This document shows, piece by piece, positions 26,190 through 39,600 of a stretch of DNA of 64,000 nt (within the stretch, counting starts at the first letter, position 1; the number at the start of each line of letters is the position of its first letter). The stretch covers positions 1 through 64,000 of the forward strand of contig CAUYUJ010000032.1 in assembly GCA_963575745.1 (NCBI GenBank), written 5' to 3'. Position numbers and translations under genes: made by a program. Below the pieces are notes generated by a model, which did not search any database, was not told the DNA's origin, and saw only the letters and a list, made by a program, of their open reading frames with translations. This DNA is from Prorocentrum cordatum. Its lineage: Eukaryota.

Positions 26190-26927
26190 AAGCATTCTCA
26201 TACGGATCAGTCTTGCCTGCTCGCGGGCCAGCCAACACGTATATCCCAAACCCTCGAAGCCCGTTTTTTTTGTTCGCGTTCGATCGCAACCCCTTAGTGG
26301 GCATCTCTCTGTCTTACTTGCAACGTGAATTTCGCGCAGCCCCAAAGGCAGGGGAACAGAGGACGGATGGAAGGAAAGGACAAGGGGGAGAGAGGAGGAT
26401 GGAGCACGAGAGATACTAGCAGGAGGGTGGTTAGGAGCAGAAAACACGTGGCAGAACCGGAGGGGCTGAGCGGGCGGGTAGGCCCGAACGGGCGGGTCGG
26501 GAACGCGGGACCAGGCAACCAGGTCGAACAGGCGGGTTGTTGGAGCTTGCATATTGCCTGAATCGCAAGGCAGTCTCGAGCGACAGCACGAGTCCCAAAT
26601 ACATCGTGAGGATATTCACAGCGGGAGCGTGATTCCCAGGTGTCGAGGGCGCGGCGCCTGAATCAAGTGCGAGCAAGTCCCACGCGAGAGCACGATTCTT
26701 GCATAAATTGTGACGACGTTCCGCGGGAGAGCGCGATTGGGGAATAAATTGTGACGAAATAGCAGGCGGGAGCCGTTGTTGCTGTAGTTCGGGGCCCAAC
26801 AACGCAGTTTGTTGGCCCTTCATTTTCCTTCGTAGATAAGCAGGTGCGAACACGGGGAGAAGCATTTCAATTGAAAATCTGTTTCGGGGTAGGGGGACCG
26901 ACAATTATTATTGCTGAATGAGAATTC

Positions 26928-26993
<66 letters not shown>

Positions 26994-27013
26994 ATCAATA
27001 ACAATAACAACAA

Positions 27014-27044
<31 letters not shown>

Positions 27045-30000
27045 AATCATTTTAAGACTGTTCGCTCTTATTTGCCCGCGTGCCATGCAACGTGTATACC
27101 CACGCCCTCGATACCCGCCCCCTTCGTCTTCGAGCGTACCCCCTTCTGGGGGGATTCTTTCTTTTTGCGGGGGCGGGCGGGCTTAGACAAGCGGGCGTGA
27201 ACGGGCGGGGAATTATTCCGAGGATGGGGCACGCATCTCTTTGCCCACCATTGGAATTAGCGCGGGCCCTGCAAGAAGAGGAAGGGGGAGAACGAGGGAG
27301 AGTGGGAGGAAGGGAGGGGGAGGGACGAGGCTAAAGGGGAACACGCCAGGAGAGAGGGGGCGAGGAGGGGGGGGGGGGACGATTGGAGATAGAGAGACAG
27401 AGGAGGGAGGAAGGAGGAGGCTGGAGAGGGGAGGGCGAAGAGAGGAGGGAGGAGGGTTATGGGAGGAGGGTGAGGGGAGAGAGGAAGAGGGAGGAGGAGG
27501 GTGGATATGAGGGAGAGGGGAGGGAGGAGGGAGGTTGGATGGGGAGGAAGGGGCAGGAGGGTAAGAGTGTGAACGTTCGAGGAAGTCCTAGGCGAGGGCG
27601 TATTCCTCAAGGAAGAGTTGGGCGGGAGCGGGGGTCCCGAGTACATTGTCGGACGTTTCAGGCGGGAGCGCCGGTCGGGCGGGCGGACCCTGACAGGCGG
27701 GTCGGGCGGGCGGGACATTCAAACGGGATGTTTGCGTAAATTGCGAGGAAGTAGTATTAAGCGAGAGCGCGATTCCTAAGTAAATTGCGAGGGCGTCCTT
27801 TGCGCGAGCGTGGTTCCTGAGCGTCGAGAACGCGATGCTGCAATAAATTGCGAGGAAGTCCTAAGCGAGAGCGCCATTCCTGAGTAAATTATGAGGAAGT
27901 CTCGGGCGGGAGCAGGGGTCCTGATTAAGGAAGTCTCAAGCGGGAGCGCCGTTTCTGAGTAAAATGTGAGAAAGTCTGAAGCGGGAGCGCCCTTCCGGAG
28001 TAAATTTTGAGGAAGTCTCAGGCGGGAGCGGGGGTCCTGAGTAAATTGTGAGGAAGTCTCATGCGGGAGCCGTTGTTGCTGTAGTCCGGGGCCCAACAAC
28101 GCAATCTGATCCGCAAGGCTTTCCCTGTCAAAAAACAAGGTGCGAGCCCCGGAGGAAGCACTTCAATTGAAAAAACCAATGGGCACCGGACAGGGGGGAT
28201 CAACAATAATTATTCTTAAGAAATGAGAGTTCAACAGCAGCAACAACAACAACGATCATTTTAAGATTGCTCGCCCTTATATGCTCGAGTGTCCAATAAC
28301 GCGTATTTCCGAAACCCTCGACACCCGCCCTCTTCGTCTTCGATCGAACCCCTTTTGGGGGGTATACTTTTCTTCCCTGCAGGTCGGGCCCCGGCAAGCG
28401 GCGGGGCGGCCGCGGACCGTCGGCCTGGCCAGCGGCAGCGTCGGCGGGGCGGCCGCGGACCGTCGACCCGACCCCAAGAGGGACGGACAGGGGACCAACC
28501 ACGACGACAACGACGACGACGACGACGTCGAAGACGACGACGACGACGGCGACGACGAGCGAAAGCGAGAGCGAGAGAGAACGACAGCAGGGCCACAAGG
28601 ACACGAAGTAGGGCACGAAGGGCGACAGCGGGGACACGAAGGGAATGCGTACGGGCACACGAAGAGCGCGAACGACAGGGGGCCACGAAGTGCACATAAT
28701 GCGGGGCCACAGAAGGCAACTATGGGGCCACTGAGGGTAGCAACTGGGCCACGTAGGACAGTGAGGGGGACACAAATGGCGACAGCGGGGCCACGAAGGG
28801 CATGCACATGGGGCCACAACGGGCGCGACTCCTGGGTGCCTGGGTGTCGGGAGCGCGGCGCTTGGGCAAATTGCAAGAAAATTCTAGACGCTTCGCGTAT
28901 CCCCACCAGCCCGTCCAGAAACGACGCCCAGGCGAGTAGAGGGTCGTCCTGAGGGGCTTTTCGGCGTCTTGGGTGCCTCGGGGGGGCCTCTGTGGGCCGT
29001 TCGGGATCCTCTTTGGGGCCTCCTGGGGGCCTCTTGGGGCCTCTTGGGGCCATCTTGGGGCCTTTGGGGGCCTCCTGGGCGCTTTTTGGGGCCATCGTTG
29101 CCCCTTGGGTGCCTCTGGGGGGTCTCTTGGGGCCTCTTGGGGGTCTCTTGGGGGCCTGCTGGGGGCCTCTTGGGGGGCCTCTTGGGGCCATCTTGGGGCC
29201 ATCCTGAGGGGATCTGGCAAAGAAAGCGGAAGCACTAATTAGCGTCGCTCCTGGAAAGCTTCTAAAGTCGCCTCCTGAACCGCTCTTGGAGGGCTCATGG
29301 AGCGCTCTTGGGCGCTCTTTGCGCCGTCTTCGGGCTATCTTGGGCCCTTCTTGGAGCTATCTTGAGCCATCTTGGAGCTATCTTGACGCCTCGGATGGGC
29401 ATCGGAAGCGAAAGCGCGAGAACGCCAAAAACATTGATTTTCCCTATGGTTTTGAAACATTTTGGCTTCTTGGGGGCATCCGAGAGGAGCTCTAGTGGAC
29501 ACTTAGAGCCGTCTTGGGGCGGTCTTGGAGCGTCTTGGAGCATCTTCGGAACCATCTTGAGGCATCTTGCGCTATCTTGAACCATCTTGGAGGCGATCTT
29601 GGGCTCCCTGAGGCCCTCTTGGAGCCGTGCTGGGCCATCTTGGACGCTCCAACGCGTCGCGGCCCCCCCTGTCCAGGTCAGTGGGGAGGGGGTAGGGGGA
29701 GGGGTAAACCCCTCCCCGAAGGGGAAGAAGGAGGGGTGGAAGAGGACACGCTCTAAACCACCGACGCCCAGAGGGCTGCTGGGATTCCAACGCAAGGCCA
29801 TTCTTCAGTAAGTTGCAAGCAAGTCTCCAGCGAGAGCGCGACTCCAGAGCGCCGGAAGAGCGATTCCTGAATAAATTGTAAGGAAGTCCCAAGCGAGAGC
29901 GCGATTCCTGAATAAAATGCGAGGAAGTCTCGGGCGGGAGCGGTGATCCTGGCTAAATTGTAAGGAAGTCTCAGGCGGGAGCCGTTATTATTGTAACCCG

Positions 30001-30159
30001 GGGGCCAGGGGGCAGTTTGAGCAGGAAGATTTTCCCTGTCGAAAAACAGGGTGCGAGCGTCGACGGGCACACTTTGATTGATAAAAAACAGTAAGCACCG
30101 GTGGGGGGATCAACAATAATTATTTTTCAGGAATGAGAATTAAACGACAGTAACAACAA

Positions 30160-30208
<49 letters not shown>

Positions 30209-30245
30209 AACGACAACGACAACGACAACAACAACAACAACAATT
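26190..30245 (+). repeat. Diverged ~1-kb modular repeat (40-bp subrepeats, conserved block, (AAC)n), 3 copies, interrupted at ~28380-29810
   Basis: ggcgggagccgtt(g/a)tt...gggcc...aggtgcga...aatgaga.tt followed by (aac)n at ~26765, 28065 and 29975. Confidence 0.75.
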
Positions 30246-30279
30246 ACACTACTACTACGACTACTACTACTACTACCCT

Positions 30280-30333
<54 letters not shown>

Positions 30334-30340
30334 GACTACG

Positions 30341-30377
<37 letters not shown>

Positions 30378-30477
30378 NNNNNNNNNNNNNNNNNNNNNNN
30401 NNNNNNNNNNNNNNNNNNNNNNNNNNNNNNNNNNNNNNNNNNNNNNNNNNNNNNNNNNNNNNNNNNNNNNNNNNNNN
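30378..30477. other. Assembly gap (100 N)
   Basis: Run of N after (ACT)n. Confidence 1.
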
Positions 30478-30479
30478 TG

Positions 30480-31151
30480 GCAGTTATAGCGGCGACATTA
30501 AACCTGGCGTGTGGGTCAAGCGCTCTGCTGGTTTACGGGCAGATGATGATTGGTTCGATGGGAGAACATTCGAAGAATGTGCAAGACCAATTAGCTTTGT
30601 TGCTAGCCCTAGCAAAACTGCTGGGCGTGGTGGTTGGACTCGCTGTCGTTGAGAGCTGTGATCGCCGCCGCTTGCTAGGCTTGGGAGGCGCATCCTGTCT
30701 GATTTGCCTGCTGGTGGCGACTGTTGGCGCCTTTGCGAATCTGATGCCCGTGGTCCTCGGCGGCATATGCGGCTTCCTGTTCTCTTTCTTCTGTTCTTGG
30801 GGCACTGCGACCTGGGTGGTGGTGGCCGAGCTGACCGCCGGTTTCGGCCCCAAGTACGGTAACGCTTCTCAGGCAGCGGCGACCGCGATGATCTTTCTTG
30901 CCGGGGGGGCGACAGAATATGTATCCCCCACAGTTTGGGAAGTGTTCGGTGATTGCGGAATGCTTCCATATGCGGCAGTTTGCCTCTGCATGATCCTGTT
31001 CAGCTTCTTGATGCTGCCAGAGACGAGGGGGTGTTCCTTGCAAGAGTGCACCCAGAGGGTAATCAGCAGCAGCTACAATGTCGTCAGCGTCTCTTATTCG
31101 GATCTTGAGTCAACTGATTCGGATCTTGAGTCAAGCTCGGGGGCGCCATAG
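30480..31151 (+). CDS. MFS sugar-porter family transporter, C-terminal half (5' part lost in the gap)
   Basis: Several hydrophobic helices, ESCDRRRLL (D-R-x-G-R-R-like loop), SWGTATWVVVAEL and LPETRG (PETKG motif); the frame is open from the gap edge to TAG at 31151. Confidence 0.85.
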   Translation, partial: AVIAATLNLACGSSALLVYGQMMIGSMGEHSKNVQDQLALLLALAKLLGVVVGLAVVESCDRRRLLGLGGASCLICLLVATVGAFANLMPVVLGGICGFLFSFFCSWGTATWVVVAELTAGFGPKYGNASQAAATAMIFLAGGATEYVSPTVWEVFGDCGMLPYAAVCLCMILFSFLMLPETRGCSLQECTQRVISSSYNVVSVSYSDLESTDSDLESSSGAP

Positions 31152-34100
31152 ATTTTCACTCGGGGTTGAGCTGTCGAGCTCCGTATAAGGCCTGCCATGT
31201 AGAATCTCGTGCCACAAGCAGGTGAGGCCCGGGTGAGGCAATGGAGGCATGGATGGAGGGCGTTGCCAAATTATAGAGTCTTTATTCGTTTGTTTTACAA
31301 GTTTGCCTAGTGCGGTGTTCCGAGTTTGGCCCGATACTGCGTGCCGAGCTTCGCCATGCACTAGTGGTACTGAACACATTTTGTGTGTCTGTTTTTTAAT
31401 GTTATGATGAGCTTGCCCTGGGATCGGGCACGTGAGCCCCACCATGCAACAGACTGCTCCTGCTCGGCCACGCTCGTGGGGTGGAGCATGCTTGGGGATG
31501 CAGAAGAAGAGGCACTTGTGTACATATATCTATATATGCATATATATATATATATATAAATAAATATATGTATATATATTGTATATATATACACATATAT
31601 ATATAATATTTGTATATATATATATATATATAGAAACGGGGGCCGAGGTCCCGGACCCTGACCGCAAATGTGGGGCCTGGCGCCGGGAGCCCTGCCGGGC
31701 GCTTCGGGGGCCGTCCAAGGTCGCCCGAAGATGGCCTCGGAACGCTCGAGAACGCGCTCTGGTGGCTCCGAATGCCTTTCCAGACGACTCCCATGACGCC
31801 AGGAAGGCCCCCGAAGGCCCCGAAGACGCCCGAAGAGGCACCCCGAGAGAGCCCCAATGAGCAAAAGTCGTCGGTTTCCCGTAGGGGAACTGATGTTTTT
31901 GGCGTGTTCGCCTTTGGGGCTTCCACTGCGTCCAAGACGGCCCAAGAGGCACCCAAGCTGGTCAAGGATGCCCCCAAGAGAGCCCCAAGACGGCCCACGA
32001 GGCGCCCAAACCGCCCGAGAACGCCCCAAGGCGTCGCCCAAGACGGGGACGAGGAACTGGAAATTTTCGTCTTTGGGCCCAAGAGACCCCCAGGAGACCC
32101 CAAGAGGCTCCAAGAAGCGCCCCAGAAGCCCCAAGAGGCCCCCATGAGACCCGAAAAAATACCAAAAGAGGCCCCGAAGACGCTCCAAGAGGCAACCCAA
32201 TAGAGCCCCAAATATGCAAAAATCGTGTATTTCCTCTTGGAAAACTGATGTTTTTGGCGTGTTCGCCTTCTGGGCTTCCACTGCGCCCAAGACGGCCCAA
32301 GAGGCACCCAAGACGGCCGAGGATTCCCGCAAGAGGGCTCCAAGACGGCCCACGAGGGGGCCAAGACGGCCCACGAGACGCCTAAACCGCCCAAGAACGC
32401 CCCCCAGGAGCCCAAGAGGCATTTCTGGGGAGCCTCCTCAGCGCCCCAGGAGGGCCCAAGACGCCTCCCAGGATCCCCCAGAATGCGAAAGGATGGTCCA
32501 AGACGCTCCCAAGCAGCCCAAGTCAGCCTTCCGACGGCTCGAGGCTCCTAAGAGACCCGAAGAGAGGTCCGAGAGGCGTCCCAATACGGCCCGAAGAGGC
32601 CAAAATCGTAGATGTTCATATGTTTTTCAATGTTTTTGGCTTCTCGTGTTTTCGAGCTTCCAATGGTCCAAGAACGTCGAAGAGGCTCCCAAGACCACCG
32701 CAAGACCACCCAAGAGACCCTCAGGACGGCCCCAAGACGAGCCAAGAAGGCTCCAAGATTGCCGAAGAGGCGCCGAGGACAGCCCCGGACCACCCCAGAA
32801 CAGGCCCCAAATGGGCCCAAGAGCGGGAACAGGAGGCTTCCAGAGACCTCCGATAGGCTTCCAGGGCCCCCCAGAGACCCTCAACACACCTCCGATCCTT
32901 GAGATGCCCCAGAAAGATTCCGACGAGGCTCCAAGAACAGCCTAAGAGAGCTGCGAGAGCCGTCCCGAGAGAGCCCGAAGAGGGTAAATCGTTGATTGCG
33001 AAGGCCTTACGGCCAGTGCCGCCGACCCTGAGAACGACGAAGATGAAAACGAGGGGGGGCAGAAGGGAGGAGGATGAGTGGGAGGTGGAGGAAGGGTGGG
33101 GAAGGTGGATGAGGGAGGAGGAGGGGGGAGAAGGATGTGGAGGAGAAGCAAGAGGAGGAGAAGGAGGCAGAGGAGAGCAGGAGGAGAGGGAGCAGAGGGG
33201 GGGGGAGGAAGAGGAGGAGGAGGAGGAGGAGGAGGAGGAGGAGGAGGAGGCAGAGGAGGAGGAGGAGGAGGAGGAGGAGGAGGAGGAAGAGGAGGAGGCC
33301 AGAGGCTTTCTTGGGACAGCCTGGGGCTCTCTTGAGGCCGTCTTGGGCCGTCCAGGACTCCTCTTGCGCCGTCTCGAGGCACTCTTGGAGGCTTCCTGGG
33401 CAATTCGGGGCTCTCTTGGGCTGTCTTGGGGCAATCTTGGGGGCCTCTTGGGCCGTCTTGGCGGCTTCTTGGGCCGTCTTGGGGCCCTCTTCGGCCATTA
33501 GGGGACCCTTTGGGGGGCCTCTTGGGCCGTCTCGGGGCGATCTTGGGGGCCTATTGGGCCGTCTTGGCGCGTCGGGAAGCGGAAGAGGCAAGAACGCCAA
33601 AATTTGTCAAAAACGTATCGGAAATCCATGAATTTTGCCTCTTGGGGCTCTCGTGGGAAAACTCCTGGAGGCCTCTTGGGGCGCTTTGCATGCCTTTTGG
33701 GCCGTCTGGAGGCCGTCAAGGCGTACTGGACAGATCGTTCGGCGATTTTGGGTTCTCTTGGATTGTTTTTGGGGCCTCCTGGGGCACTCTTGGCCCGTCT
33801 TCAGGCTTTTTTGGGCTCCGGGACTCCCCAGGGGGGCGTCGTATCTGACCCCCCCCCGGACCCCCCCCCCACCCCCCACCCCCCCTGGCGGGGAAGGGAT
33901 CGAAGGGAAGGGGCTTTCCTTCGACTCAATTATGACGTTGCTCAACTTCGCTTTGGTTGGCACGCTGAGGACGTCCCTGGAAAACAGGGGAGCTTCGACG
34001 AGCCCAGGGAGAGGGGGAGGCAGGGAAAGGGGACGACAGAGACGACGACCAACGAATGACGGAGATGGCGACTTGCACGGACAAGCTCCGCACACACGCC

Positions 34101-34189
34101 GACAGGGTCGGCGGATTCCCCCCAGTTGTTCTAATGTGTTTCGCCTTCTGACGTTTTCCCGCTTACAACCTTAGACGATCGAGGATTTG

Positions 34190-34230
<41 letters not shown>

Positions 34231-34353
34231 CAAAAAAAAAAAAAAAACGCTTTTTTACCCGTCCTCTTGGACTCCTCGCGCGGCGCTTGCGCCACCGGTG
34301 CTAGGTTTGGTAGTAAAAAGCTGACCAGCCCTGACGGTTGCAGTAGGGAGGTC

Positions 34354-34539
34354 TGTCGGTAAGTGACGCCCCTGAAGGCCTCCTTCGTGCCCCATGGAGC
34401 CCCGAGGCCCCCTCGCTGTGCACGCATTCACATAAAGCGTTGCTGAGTGAATGAGTTCATGATATGACTGACGATAGCCGTTTTGGCACGAGGATCCGAG
34501 AGTGAAGAACGGTTCATGATCAGATAGTTGCTGTCAAGA
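34354..34539 (+). repeat. 5' LTR (186 bp)
   Basis: TGTCGGTAAG...GCTGTCAAGA; aligns to 47309-47493. Confidence 0.93.
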
Positions 34540-34555
34540 TGGTAGCGGAGCGTGG
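34540..34555 (+). promoter_or_regulatory. Primer binding site, initiator-Met tRNA type
   Basis: TGGTAGCGGAGCGTGG immediately after the LTR resembles the complement of the tRNA-iMet 3' end (TGGTAGCAGAG type). Confidence 0.8.
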
Positions 34556-34586
34556 GTGAAGACCCGCTGGGCCACGGCAGGCCGCG

Positions 34587-35460
34587 ATGAGCGCGGAGGC
34601 GCTCGCGGCAGAACTCCAGGATGCGAAACGGGAACTCTGACGGCTGCTCGGTATCATGGAGACACAGAACGCTACGATCGAGGAGCTCAAGGCCACGGGT
34701 CCAGAGAAAGAAGGGGGGCGGCTTCGCAGACAGCTCACGGCCGCGATCATCGGAGACAAAGTTAAGCTGCCGACGTTCGACAACAGCAGGAAACCATACT
34801 TCCACGATTGGAGTTACAAGTTCAAGGCTTTCGTGGGTAACCACGGCAGGAAGTGCTTGGAGGGGATGGCGCAGGTCGAGCTTAGCCAGAATGAGCTGAA
34901 CTACGCGAACTATGATGATGAGGAGCGGAAACAGATGGCACAGTCACTCTTCTACCTGCTCACGATGTACTCAAAGGGCATCCCGCTCGGCATCATAAGG
35001 TGAGCAACCAAGACGGATTCGAGGCATACGGACAGCTGAGCTTCCATTACGACCCGCAGAAAATGGGTAGCATTCTCTCGAGACTGATGAAGGCGCTGGA
35101 GTTCGACTTCGGCGGCAAGGCAGAGCTCCTCGACAACATCGCAAAGTTCGGGATCCTGATCGAGGAGTACGAGAAGCTCCCCAAGGAACAGATCAGCGAC
35201 AACATCCGCACGGCCGTCCTGATCGCACGCGCCCCCGAGGCGCTCAGGAACCACGCGCTGCTCGCCATGCCGAAGGAGGAGATCCAGTGGCCTCGCGCGA
35301 ATAAGGTCGCCGGCGATTTCTTGCTCACGAAGCAGCCCATGCCAGGAGGCCCGACGCCGATAAACACAAGCGCCATCAACTCCGAGACGCGGCGGGAAGG
35401 CGGCAAGGGCAAGGACGGCGAGATCAAGAGCAAAGGTGAGGACGGTGGCAAGGGCAAGGA
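34587..35460 (+). pseudogene. gag: Copia gag, N-terminal part (stop and frameshift)
   Basis: PTFD...WSYKFKAFV, DGFEAYGQL...YDP and a GKGK-rich linker; in-frame TGA near 34638 and a frameshift near 35000. Confidence 0.8.
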
Positions 35461-36628
35461 CTAACCGCGAAGATAAGTGAGAAAACACCAAAAAAAGACT
35501 GGGGCCTCGACAACAACGGAAACTAATCATTATTCCCCGCCGCCGCCGACGACAACACCGACGACGACGACGACGAGGGGGAGGAGGATGGGGGGGGGAA
35601 GGGGAGGACGAGGAGATGGAGGAGGACGCCTTGAAACTCTGAAAGGCTGAATGCTCTGAACTTCACTGCTCTGAAACTCTCACTGCTCTGAAAATCATTG
35701 CTCTGAAACGCATCGCTCTGAAACTCAGTGCTCTCAAGCGCATCGCTCTGGAATTCATTGCTCTGAAACGAAACTCATTGCTCGAGAGCGCCCCCAAAGG
35801 CTCACTGCTCTGAAACTCTCACTCTGAAAGGCCAAGGGCCCACAACACTCACGACATGCATGCCAAGGAGATCTGTTCCTCGTCTTCCTGCTTCTCCTCC
35901 TCCTCCTCCTTCTCCTCCTCCTCCCCCCCCCCCTCCTCCTCCTATATTTCGACTCGCATTGCAAACCTTCGCGCGAACAAACTCGAAATGCCCTTCGCGT
36001 GGAGGGCAGCCCAGGAGGCACTGTCCGATGGGAGAACAAAACATGCCCACCATTATTCAACACGGCGCGCATTAGTGGGAAACTACTTATTCACCCTCCT
36101 CCTCTTCCTCCTCCTCCTCCTCCCTCCTCCTCCTTCTCTCCTCCCCTCTACCTCCCCTTCTACCCCTACTTCTCCTTCTGTGTTTCATTCCTCCTCCTCC
36201 CTTCCCCCCCCCCCCCCCCCCCCCCTCCTCTTCCTCCCCCCCCCCCCCCCCCCCCCCCCATCCGATGCATCGCTTCGCACTGCAAGCCTTCTTGCGAACA
36301 AGCTCGAAATTCCTTTTCGCGTGGAGGCAGCCCAAGAGGCATTGTCCGATGGGAGAAATAATCGTCCACCACTATTCGGCACGGCGCGCACACGAGTGGG
36401 AAACTAATTCCCCCCCTCCTCTTCCTCCTCCTCCTTTTCCTTATCCTCCTCATCCTCCTCCTCCTCTTCCTCCTCATCCTCCTCCTCCTCCGCCGCCTCC
36501 TCCTCCTCCTCCTCCTCCTGTTGGCTCATGTTGGCTCCATAGCAGTCTGTTACCGCTGGCCAAGCCTGCAATAAAGCTGCGAAAAACAGTGCTGGGTGAA
36601 GAAGTTGGATAATTAGATCCGAGAGGGG

Positions 36629-39600
36629 TCACGCCGCCTTGGACGCCCAGCACAACCCATCCCAGACCAGAGGGACCGACCTCCCCACAAACTTCTTTGT
36701 GCTGGGGTCGATCCCTCCCTTGAGCATCTTCAAAGAATCCTCTGCGTGCCGATTGCGCGGACCCCCGTGGCATTCCTGGAGGAGGTAGGGGCGGGCCCGA
36801 GCGCTTCCAAAAGCAGCGCAACGCACACACCAGGCGACCCTCCCCCCCATCAGCCACAGACGATGGCTCTTGTGGCAGGTCCGCGCAATCTTCGGTGGCC
36901 CTCCGCAGGGAAACACACAGACCGCGGCGCGAGTCTTCCCTCGCTCGCCGCAGTGGAGACACAAATATAAACCTTTTGCTACACACTCGATCGCATGGCC
37001 TCTCGTGTCTGGGACCAGCTCCAGGAGAGACGGCTTGGCCCGACGGGGCCTGCGGATTTTGGAAACGTCAGGAAAACCACGGGCCGATAAATCATCCACG
37101 ATTTCTGCAATCAGCCACGCCGACTGCCGAATCAGCGGCTCCAAACCTTTAAACTGCACACGCGTCCAAGGTTTGTGGGGTTGGGCCTCGGCTCCACGAC
37201 GGGCCAGTTCATCAGCCTTCCTATTACCCCGCCATTTCCAATCGTATACTGCAGACCTACGGGCCTGGGCCAGGGAGAGGTGAGACCTAATCTTAGTCAC
37301 AGTAATCCTATCGGGGCCGATCTCAGTCGCAAGCCTGAAGATGTCCACCCAGAGCTCCGAGAAAGCAACCTTTTCCAGATCCTGAGTAGGTCCCAAAGTC
37401 CAGGTGTCCAGGACGGCCTTACAGTCTGTGACAATCTCCATGGCCCCTGGCCCCGCGAGCCTCAAAGCCATGACCAGCGCATACACCTCCCCGCAGCCGC
37501 TGGTCTGAACCGCGTGGGGCAGCGGTCCGAACGCAGACCCAGTAACATATCCTCCCCAAGAGTCCAGAGACATGGAGACGACCGCCCATCCAGCCCTCGT
37601 GAACTGAGGTAACTTGGGGTCCAATCCAGACCCATCCAGACATATTCTCGGCCCCAGGTGTCCCCCAGGAGGGAACACATCCCACTTGTGACCAGCTACG
37701 GTGTGCGGCGCTGGCCACTGCCACTCTGGACTCGGGGCAAGCGCACGGGTGACCAGCAACTGATTAGCGGGCGTGCAATCCAAGGCGAGAAGGTCACCCA
37801 CACCAAGATCACGCCGAACAGCGGCATGAGCTGGGCAGCAGCGGAAGCGATGACTGGGCGTGCCCAGCCGCTCTCCACAGAGCTGGCAAAGGGGGTCCAC
37901 AACACGACGATCATCATACAGAGTAAGCTGGGTTGGGTAGCCTCCAGAAACGATCCCAGCAAGTCCCGTGGCCGCCGTGAACCTTTCTTCTCCCCGAAGC
38001 TTCTGAAGGACCTCGATGACAGGTTCGGGCATAGGCCCTCCAGAAAGACCTGGGACTCTGACCCCATCTCCCAGACCTCTAAGCTGCATATCCCGAACAG
38101 ACTGGTGAAGGACAACCTTGAGCGACCTGTATCCCAAGAAGCTCACATCCACTTCCACTCCCCGAAAAGTCACAAACTTACACCAGCTTTTTACCTGCCA
38201 ACCCAGCCTTTCGATCGCGAGGACAACTGCGCCCGCGGGTCCACGGACATCTTGCCACCCACGAGCAGGTCGGTGATAAAATGAATTGAAACACTCCTCC
38301 ATGACACGCTGCTCTGCCCAGCTCAAGCGAGCGGCTTGTCCCCAAGCAAGGATGGGCAACGCGTGCACATCATATGATGGATCCGCCTTGGGCTCCACCG
38401 AGAGGGGAAACTCCAACGTCCTGCACCTCCCTTTTGGCGTCCCAAAAAGCGCACTCCCCAAGCCAGCTCGAAGCTGACCAAGGGCGGAGGTGGACATACC
38501 ATTGACGCGGCAACCGTACGTGGCCGAGGGAAGGCCTCCCGTCCGAGCAACCTTGAACAAACCCTTCTTGGCACTACTGAGCCCACGGAGCCTGCCTTTC
38601 CGAAGCCTGATTTTGTGCAACCGTTTTTGGAGGACCTTGGATCCCTTGGCTCCTTTCTGCATCGTCTGGTCGCAGCCCAGGTTCCGTCCAGAACTAGCAC
38701 CAGTGAAACTCCACTTCTTAAGCCTAGACACAATGGTCACCCTCGCCGCCGAGTGACTGCAAAGGACGAGGCCCTTCGACCTCGAGATCACCAGCAGCAG
38801 CTTCTCGAGCTGCAGGCACAGAAAGTACACAGCACGGGGCAGGACGCTCTCGACATGTTTCCTACTGCCCGAAGCCTGCGCCGTGATGTCGTCTACTACA
38901 TTGGGCAGCAGAGCTATCGGGCGAAAACCTCACTCGGGCTTCCCCAACATGGCGAGGATGGTAGTGAGGAGGATGGTGGGGTAGGTGCCCAAGAGCTCCA
39001 TCTTAGGCCACAGCGCACCCAAAACCTCCAGCAGGCCATCCGAGGCCTTATCCAGGTCCCGAGGCCGAAGTGCATCCACCCCAGCCGCCGTCCTTTTCGG
39101 GAACTTCCTGATGGCAGCCCTGATGTCTCCCACTGACCGCTCCTCCGAACACAGCTCCTGGACCGAGACTCCCTGCTCGTCAGCCTGGGCCTGGATCTGG
39201 TGCGTCAGGAACTGGATGGGATCGGGGAACTTCGAGGCCTCTGGGAGGGGCTCCCAGATATCACACCAAAACTTGGCAAGCCCGTCAACCGTCTCTTGTG
39301 GTCCTTGCCAGCGCCAGCGGACACAGCCTCCTGCACCCACTCGCGCCAACGCTTGCCCCGCTCCGAGGTAAACTTGCGTTCATACACTTTGGCGAAGCCT
39401 TCTGCCTCATCGCCCCAGGCCTGCAACTGCTCGAGGGAGGCGTGAAACAGACGTCCAAAAGACGGGACCCACTGCTGCCAGGACGTGCCTTTGCGCAACT
39501 GATTAGGTCCCCACTCGACCGCCTTCAGAAGCCCCATAGACTCGCCTTCACCCCATCTGAGTCCCCGTCTCTTGAGGTAAACCAGCTCCGAGAAAAGCTT

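Noticed and set aside
31361..34174. ORFs rich in LG/WG or PKR
   Set aside because: These come from the stop-poor ~11-bp CTTGG minisatellite and are open on both strands.
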